A DNA stretch of 64,000 nucleotides from Trichoplax sp. H2 (taxonomy: Eukaryota), in assembly GCA_003344405.1 (NCBI GenBank), contig NOWV01000022.1:124001-188000 (forward strand), written 5' to 3'. Positions within the stretch are counted from its first letter, which is position 1. Each line of letters starts with the position of its first letter. This document shows, piece by piece, positions 55,016 through 64,000 of this stretch. Under the pieces are notes generated by a model. That model did no database searches, had not been told where the DNA came from, and worked only from the letters and a program-made list of their open reading frames with translations. A program made the position numbers and the translations under genes.

Positions 55016-58000
55016 ATGCATCGCATGATCTCGAAATATGTCAATCGACCTCTTTTCAGTCGATCCTTTATCCAACGTTATTATCTGAGTAATGTAGCTC
55101 AAGTTGATGATGCCTTATTTCACCCGACTGAAGAAGAAAAGCAGGTACTTCAAGTTATATGCATACAATGTGTCGTAAGCTGTGCGTGCTATCGTTCCGT
55201 AGTAACTTCTTTAGGGCAATCCAAAAGTATATGGGTCTATTTTATACCGTTCATATAATACAATCATGAGAGATTATTCCTTCATGTCATTTTGTGATAC
55301 GAGCAATGATGAAATGTGAAGTTACAATTCCAGTTATAGCAACAATACAGTAGATCAGTTACATTCTTCGCCGTATCCTAGAACCGTAAAGTAAACTACA
55401 GATGTTTACGTACCATGTATGGACGTGCGTATGTTACGACGTAGACGATAGGTGTTACTTACTGGAAATATTGGAGAAATACCGAAACCTAAACTTGTCA
55501 AGATAGCTTTCATGCAATTAAAATAGATATGTCATGACATATATACAGTATAGAACTATATACTTATTGACTATACTGAACATGGCTGAAGAGCGTACTG
55601 TTCGGTATGTCCACATAGGATACAGTAACTCAATCAGTTCAATTTTGTGACGGTAGTCAATTCTCTGGAACAACTTACTCTCAATAATACGTACACGCAA
55701 GTTTTGAAAATTTTACAATTTATTTAACGTAATCGATCAACGGTAATGGTGATTTATTTTAGTTAAGTTACAGCTTACCCTACAGTCATACGTTTTACGT
55801 CAAAAAGCGTAATTGAATTGTGCAATATAGGTAGAAGATATAGCATGTTAGATCAGTGTATCGGATCACTATATTCACATGCTTTCTTTGAGGAAGCTTT
55901 GGAGATCTGAATAAGTACTACACCTTACTGTACACTGTATAACTTGGGTATGAAGTCGTTCTGATGTGCATATCATACTCGTATAGCTTCGACAAACTAT
56001 TTTCAAATTCGCCCAAGAAGAGCTAGCCCCTTATGCGGCTGAAATCGATGCTAAGGATGAATTCACAGAATTAAGATCGTTCTGGAGGAAGTTAGGAGAC
56101 ATGGGTTTACATGGGATTACAGTATCAGAGAGTGAAGGTGGTGCTGGAGGAAGCTATATGGACCATTGTATTACAATTGAAGAGCTAGCAAGAGCTTCCC
56201 CATCAGTTGGTATGAGCTACGCTGTCCACTCTAATATGTGCATTAATCAGTTGGTCCGAAATGGAAATGCAGAACAAAAAGCCAAATATCTTCCCAAGGT
56301 ACTGTCAGCATTTCTTACTAAAATAGTATATAGCCTATTTCTCTGATAATTATAATCAATACTACTATGCAAGTTTGATATAGGCAATCAGTCATTGTGC
56401 TGTCAATTTTATTCTATACCATCTCATGTCTTATTATTATGTTTGCTTTGTTTCTGTTGACATCAAATATTCCACTACTAAAGCTGATAAGTGGTGAATA
56501 TATCGGTGCTTTGGCAATGAGCGAACCAAATGCTGGTAGCGATGTCATGTCCTTGAGACTTCGCGCGGAAAAACAAGGTTAGTACGTTGTGTTGCTCCTA
56601 TGCTTACTAACCCATTGCATCCGCAATGCTTGGATTGCAACACATGAGTTAGGATTTATTCACCATAAAGGTTAATACAGTTGTACATAAAACATGATGC
56701 GATCAATACATTTTTACGAAATATCCTTTCTACTGTTATCAATATGTATCAAATAGAAGAATGGTAAATGAACTTGATTGATATTTTCACAATTTTATTC
56801 ACTTTAGGGAATCACTACGTTCTAAATGGAACTAAATTCTGGATTACCAATGGGCCTGTTGCAGATATTATCATAGTTTATGCTAAAACTGATCCTGCTG
56901 CTCACCAACATGGAATATCGGCATTTATAGTCGAAACGGTACGCAATCATTAGTCGTGAAATAAAATTAGCCTTGGCTAAGTGATTACTTAAACAGATAT
57001 AGCTATTGATAGCCTAACACCATTTCCGGTATATGTTACGTAGAAAACACCTGGATTTTCGATCGCACAGAAATTAGATAAACTAGGTTTAAGAGGCTCA
57101 GAAACTGGCGAATTAGTATTTGAAGATTGCAAAATTCCTGAAGAAAATATTTTAGGGCGTGTAAATAAAGGTTGCTTTATATATTATATACAAGATATTT
57201 TGATGAGAATAAAGTTGATTAATACGATAATGCTTTCCCTAGGAGTTCAAGTCCTGATGAGTGGACTTGATTTGGAAAGAGGAACACTGGCAGGCGGTGC
57301 TATTGGCATAATGCAGTCGGTTGTTGACGTTGTCTACCCATACGTTCATACGAGGGAACAATTTGATCAGAAAATTGGTCAATTTCAGGTAGAATGACCA
57401 CCTCGCTTGGATTTAAGTTATTTTTCAAGGCGAATTGATCAGACTACTGTCACAGTCAATTCCTGCACAAGATTTTTTTTAATGTATAGTCGTGTGAATT
57501 AAAAGGAATTTTTTGATTTCAGTTAATTATTCCATCTCGATGATCATAATCGTACCGTGTTTAAAATTTTTGTTTTCCTTTCAGATGATTCAGTCCAAAT
57601 TGGCCGATATGTATAACACCTTAAACCTGTGTCGTAGTTATCTGTATAATGTTGTCCGAGCATTTGATAGAGGTGTTATTAGAAGCGCAGTGAGTATAGC
57701 TATATAACTTAAAATGAACTGTACTTCTGCGTATCCCTGTAAGGTGTAAAGATTACTTAACAATAATATCTTGTTTACTTTATTAAGTTACTTCTTTCAA
57801 ATTTATGATGCTAAATCTATCAAAATTAATAATGATCCGATTTAATAGGATTCTGCAGCAGCAGGAATTCTGGTTGGAGAAAATGCTACACAAATGGCTT
57901 TAGATGGTATTCAATGTTTAGGTACGTCTGGTCTTTAGAATAGTGAGCTACCATTGTAGTATACAATACAACTTGTAAATTGGCTTCAACTGCATATCAT

Positions 58001-58194
58001 ATTTCTGTTTATGTAATTTATAAAATCACTATTCTCTCAATTTCTTGTAATTAGGTGGCAATGGCTACATTAATGATTATCCGACCGGACGAATGTTGCG
58101 AGATGCTAAGATATTTGAAATTGCTGGTGGAACTCAAGAAATTAGAAAGCTCATCGTTGGTAGAAGCATTAATGCTTACTACATGGGAAAGTGA
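55016..58194 (+). CDS. IVD: Isovaleryl-CoA dehydrogenase-like divergent paralog (9 exons, same intron positions)
   Basis: [23 protein letters not shown]...[72 protein letters not shown]...MGK*. Confidence 0.88.
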
Positions 58195-59806
58195 GGCTTT
58201 GAATACCTCTTATTAGTCTCGTAGATTTATATTATAACCATTTCTACTATGGATATTTGATGAGAATAACTATCTTGTGATTACCGTACAGTGTAATCAT
58301 TACTTTAAATAATGCTAAGTTTATAAAATGCAAAACCTGATCAAGCACAGAAAACATTTAAAGGTAATTAAATTCGAAAGCTTTATCTGATCAATATTTC
58401 AAGCATATCAGAAAAAAATTGGGGGAGCAAATCTGCAGTTATTATTTTAATAACTGTAAGATACATTTCCAATAAAATTGCAATATCTACTCATTCAATG
58501 ACACAACCAAGTGTTTGCGCTTATCTGTAAATTTTTAAAGTCAATCAATGAAATGAAGAAACATATGCAATCGCCACCATGTTACTTAATATTATTGCAT
58601 AATACTGTATAAAGAATACTACTACGTAGAAATACGTACGTAGCAAAGTTCATAAATATTTTCTCTCCTGATCACTATCACTTTCAGTTGGAGAGTAATT
58701 TGGTAACGATAATCAATGATACGCTTGGCCTGTACCATAGAATATTAGGAATAAAGCACAATATTGCACAATGGTAGACTAGGCTAGACATGTAGAGGAA
58801 AGTATCTGATTAATTCGATTAAGTTCATACTTGCGGAAGTATACCATTGAGTTCTGATATGAGTCATGTATTTAACTTGTTGCAATTACTACTTTAGCGT
58901 AATGTTAGAGTATGACTTATAAGTGATCTCTATAATTATTGAAATAGGAACAAATCAACCTATACTTGACGATTTATTTTACTGCGATAGGTCAATCTAA
59001 CCTGATCTAACTATAGTAACCTCTAGCAGCAAGTAGCAAAATGTGCGCTTACTGCATTTGTTTATACTCTTAGTCTGTGAATAGCTTAGAGGATTGGTTG
59101 TACACTAAATTCAAGTCATCTTTCTATACTCTTTTTGTATACCTTACTGAGACTGATTTGCCGGTACATTATCTAAAAAACAACAAAGTAGTTTCAGCAA
59201 AATATTCGAAAAGAGTATACGCTCGTATAGTATTGACGATAATTTTGTATAATTAAATTTATTGTTCGCTAAACGCGTATATCTACTTGTGTCTAGCGAT
59301 GTAAGCGGTTTATGACTTTACTAAATACTAAATATGACTTGGTAAGAGATTTTTAAAGATCTTATAAGGTATTTCAGTATAAATATTTATATTCATAAAT
59401 GCTATAGTCTAGGTAATGAGACTGATAGCGTAGTAGAAATACAGTACTTTATTGACTGAATTTATTCAAAAATAAATTATAGCAATGCTATTAACTTGAA
59501 ATTCCACTACTGTACACTGAGTGTACAGTGTACAGTACAGTATAATGTATTCCGTGGAATTTTCAAGGGTTTCGATAGATTAAAGATGTGCTCCTTTCCA
59601 AGATAGGAGTCAATTTTGAGTTTGAGCACACTTTCAATCTAGATGTTTTTAATTTTTCGATTTTAACTATTCATAGCTCAGCTGATCGATAAACACACAA
59701 AATTGCCCATCATTTCGTGCTATTTCCCTTGAAAGAAGAAAGGAAAGTTAATTTCATCCAGACTGACAGACAGACGACCGATAATATCGATGATGTCATG
59801 ATTTAC

Positions 59807-59930
59807 CTGTACGGTAATACAGTACAGTAATGTACTGTATCGCCTCCCGTACAGTACCGCTACTGTACTGTACAGTACAGTACCGTACAGTAAAGTACAG
59901 TACAGTACTGCTGTACAGACCGTACAGTAC
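59807..59930. repeat. TACAG/CTGTA pentamer-rich tract upstream of the RAB24-like gene
   Basis: TACTGTACTGTACAGTACAGTACCGTACAGTAAAGTACAGTACAGTACTG read directly. Confidence 0.8.
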
Positions 59931-60410
59931 CATGACTTGTGACGGCTTAAAAAGAATCTCCATAAGTTTATGCTCGTCCTTTGAATCGAGAATGCAACAG
60001 CGAAGAGGTTGAGAAAGGTGATTTGGATACTGTATCGAGCGAAGATTGGGAATAGAAATTATTGAATGTAAGTTGGCTTTGTATTTAGACATCAGTTAGC
60101 CTTTGGCCATTGATTTAGAAGACTAACAAGATTCTGCGGTAGGCAGATAGTGTGCTCATACAAGCGTAGTGATCGTCTTAAACCTCATTTAATCGTGCAG
60201 AAAAGGTGCCAAATAAATAGTGCAGTGTGCAAAAAAAGAGCAACATCGCTTAGAAAAGGTATACTGCCAAAGAGTAGGATAACCATTGCTGCGAGAATCA
60301 TCGTCTATCCCACATCATTGGATAGTAGATAGGAGATAGAACTGGAGGTAGAGCTATAGCACTGGCTTTCTCTGACTTGCGATTGTATAGCGGAGCTGCT
60401 ACCTAAATCA

Positions 60411-63400
60411 ATGGATGAAGTTCATACTACCAAAGTGGTGCTACTTGGCCGAACAGGCTCGGGCAAAACTTCCTTAATCGTTCGCTACATATCATCTGTT
60501 TTCTCAGAAAATGTTAAACCAGTAAGTTAAATAAATGAAACGTGATCATAAAATTGGATATCCTACTTATTTTGTGCCATAAAGTAATTCAAAATTCAAG
60601 GCAGAGTAGTTAGTATAACAATATTAACATATTCTACCTACGATGTCCGTATTGCCTCTCTCAAAATGATTTACAGTAAGTGTACAGTACAATACAACTA
60701 ATCAATCAAGTACCGTCTTTGGACTATCATAAATGGATTTACCAATAGCATATATGTTCAAATAGGATCTTACTACAAAGATCGAGATTATATTAGAGAA
60801 TTTAAGACTTCAAGAACGTGAGATAGACGGTAGCTGGGCTAAATGGACAATGCAGTATAATTTTATACATTGTTGCAATATTATAGTATACGATTATACC
60901 TGTCAATACGGTATACTGCATGTGCGAAATATCATCCTGATTTAAAGATGCACAGTAGATGCTAATAGATTTATACAGTGAATGCAGATTAAATCCAATC
61001 ATTTGGTATCATTGCTTTAATAATTACTTTATTGTGACATCTTAGCAAGCTGTCAGAATAAAAGTTTTCAATAGCCGGGTTGAATAACCCCAGCTGCTAC
61101 AGCTATCATCCTCCACTTTCATTCGTACCTTGAGTTTTCACCATTCTAAAAGTTGTAATCTTATGCTGGAAGGAATTAGGCTAGCCATAAAACATTTTCG
61201 AAAGTCGTACTGAAGATTCAAATCTTGTTGCTATAGTATTGTAATATGCTCTTACTTTCCTTGATTATACTGTTCTTTAAAGTTGCACCACCTGGTATAT
61301 CGATATAGACCTTGTAATTGATTCCATGTTATCAATGTTGATGCGACCTAATAACGCATGCATTTGTTGATTTCATGCAATGGTAGCTTAGTGCGTTTAT
61401 AATTCTGTAAGCTTTACAAGGCAAATTTCGCTAGAATTAATGCTACCTGCTACTAGTATGATACAAAAATTTTGCAGAGATGTCTAACAAGATAACGGAT
61501 ATTAACTGAATAAATGCTATCAACGTACTCGTTCTATGCCTATTTTATGTTAGAATAGCAATTTGTGGTAAAGTCATCACAATCATTAAGAATACAGTCT
61601 AATGATCCTAACACCCAGCTTAAGTAAAATGATACGGCAGAACATTTCGATCCTATCATCATTGCTTTTATGTGATAGCCGTAGTGTTAATTATAACAGC
61701 TAACAATGTAATAACTTTCGATACTTCGTGACATTTCGTTTAACTATACTTTAAAATCAACGGTATACGTTTAGTCTAGTAGAAAATATTAATATTTGTA
61801 ATTGTTATGCGTAATTGCTCTTGGATAGGATAACTTACATGTGTAAAACAATTCGTACAGTATCATCATTTACTTTGGAAGCATACTGAACGTCAACAAC
61901 GTATAATACTTTATTACAGACCATTGGAGCAGCTTTCTCAAAAAAGACAGTACAATTGATACGTGGAGAAGAACGGAAACAAGTTGTATTGGCTATTTGG
62001 GTAATTAAATCGAAATATGATAATATTTAAATTAAAACATATTAAATTTAAAACGATACAATTAAGATGCTGTCAAATACGATAACAAATAAAATTTCTA
62101 TTAGAGATATGGTTTTTGACTAATATTCGTGTATATCTAATAACCTCGATCACTCGAAATCTTTGTGCATACAATACGTCGCAAACTCTATGGTGTACTA
62201 TCTCATAGTAATTTATGACTTCATTAACAGACTGTCCTATTGTCACATTTTGGTTTAACTTACTTTTAAAGGATACTGCTGGCGACGAACGTTATGAGTC
62301 TATGGCGCCTCTTTACTATAGAAATTCATCTGCAGCAATTATCTGCTTCGGTAAATAATTATGTACTTTGTTATTTATACCGGTAAAATAGTGACATTAG
62401 ATCTCATCAATGCATTTTAAAGTTTTTATTATACTTTTTACATGCGTGACAATGGTGACGTTGTTACTACACCTGTTTTGTTACTACGCTAAGTTGTTAT
62501 AAACGTGGTCACTGAAGAGCAGCTTTTACCTACTCTTCGCGAAATTATTAATTTTGGAGAATACCAATATATTTGCAATATTTATTGAATTTAGTAAACA
62601 TTTTAATATTACAACATTGAATTGACAAAACAATTTTTATTTTACAGATTTAGCAGATCGGCAGAGTTATAATAAAGTTGATTTCTGGGTTAAAGAACTG
62701 GTGGAGAAGGTTGAGGTACGGGTTAACGTTTGTGTGTGTAGTCAGAGTTGTAATTGGTTACATTTACAATCACCGATATTTAGCAGGCTTAGCATACTAA
62801 AATTGTAAAGAATTAATGCAAAATAAATAGCATCTCTCACAGAGCTATTATTAATTTCATTTAAGCAGAACTGCAAATTATACATCTGTGGGACAAAAAC
62901 TGATTTATTGGCGGAATATGGAGGCCCCCTGAAACGTGCCGTTGGCCCAACTGAAGTTATGGCTTATACTAAAAGTGAGTGCAATATGAGATTTACTATA
63001 AACTAAACGAATTAATTGATTTGTGTTGCGAAAAACAAGATCTACTAAGCAATAATAGCACTCATGTAAAAATTTGATGAGACCTACAGTATTTCATTCT
63101 ACTGGTATTAACATTTCCGTATAATATATTATATGTATCATTTATTCCATATTATAATAATATTTATTTGTTTTTACGTTATCAAATGTACTGAGCTGTA
63201 TATTATTTTGCATAATATTGCCTAATTTTATTTCGATATTATTTCTTATTCAGAGCTTAACGCAAAATTTGTAGAAACGTCAAGCAAAAGTAACTACGGA
63301 ATTGGTATGTTTTGAAGATGTTATATCACTTACTACTTTAGTAATGCAACGTGCTACATGATTTATTGATTGATAAGCGAACTGGTGTGATACTTATAAG

Positions 63401-63934
63401 AATTGACTTAAATTTTACACTTGTTTATTCGTTGTTATTTTTTTTTATTTAGATGACCTATTTAAATTAGTTGCGGCAGATTTTGCAGGCTTTACTCTAT
63501 GTGAAGGTATGGAGAAACGGAATTTATTAAATAGGTTTTATTATGTATCACCATGGCTACTATAATAATTTGGGAGGAGAAAAATAGATTATCATTAATT
63601 TCGAGATATTGGTATTGCATTTATGCAAGTTTTATATAGTATGAAAGGAAATTGAATGGAATATTGCAAACTTTTGCTATAGATATACCAGTAGTAAAAC
63701 TTTTGTACAATTAATACCGTAATGTACTTGCTAAGAGTTAATCATAATTTATATTTTGATTTGGCTTGGGTATGTCATCTTTTAATTATAGCATGTACAT
63801 TATTAACCTATGTAATAAAACATAGCATAATTGTCTTTTTCATCTTTTCATTAGCTCCACCTATTGAAGATTCCTTACGTCTGCAAGAACCTAATCAAAC
63901 AGATGTTAATGAAAAGAGTTCCTGTTGTTTTTAG
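60411..63934 (+). CDS. RAB24: RAB24-like small GTPase (8 exons)
   Basis: KVVLLGRTGSGKTSL...|TIGAAF...IW|DTAGDERYESM...YYR...AAIICF|DL...FWVKEL...|NCKLYICGTKTDL...|ETSSK...SSCCF*. TIGAAF, GTKxDL and ETSSK are Rab24-type signatures. Confidence 0.78.
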
Positions 63935-64000
63935 ACACTTATTTATAGGATTCTTCATTACTAGCCTTCTAAATACTTTTCTTTACCAAATCTGCAACTA

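Overview
AT-rich, gene-dense eukaryotic (animal-like) genomic DNA with many short GT-AG introns. The style suggests an early-branching metazoan such as a placozoan (Trichoplax-like); this is inference, not verified. Hand-spliced gene models, left to right: an uncharacterised ~10-exon gene (+); DRC1 (-) with an RFX X-box upstream; three ACOT7-like double-hotdog thioesterases (+,+,-); TSEN34 (+); a degenerate SNF2/ERCC6L2-like gene (-); a caspase cluster (CARD-caspase A +, CARD-caspase B -, a recent CARD-less copy A' +, a pseudo-CARD exon B' -, next to an assembly gap); a head-to-head pair of isovaleryl-CoA dehydrogenase paralogs; and a RAB24-like GTPase (+). The main observations are: a duplication that made a short-prodomain caspase from a CARD caspase; an IVD paralog with a substrate-pocket G374A-type change; a SNF2 protein lacking its ATPase motifs; (TACAG)n/(CTGTA)n arrays clustered near gene starts; triplicated splice acceptors in TSEN34; and a cloverleaf-like fold downstream of the IVD1 stop. 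All models were read by eye, so exon edges may be off by a few bases.
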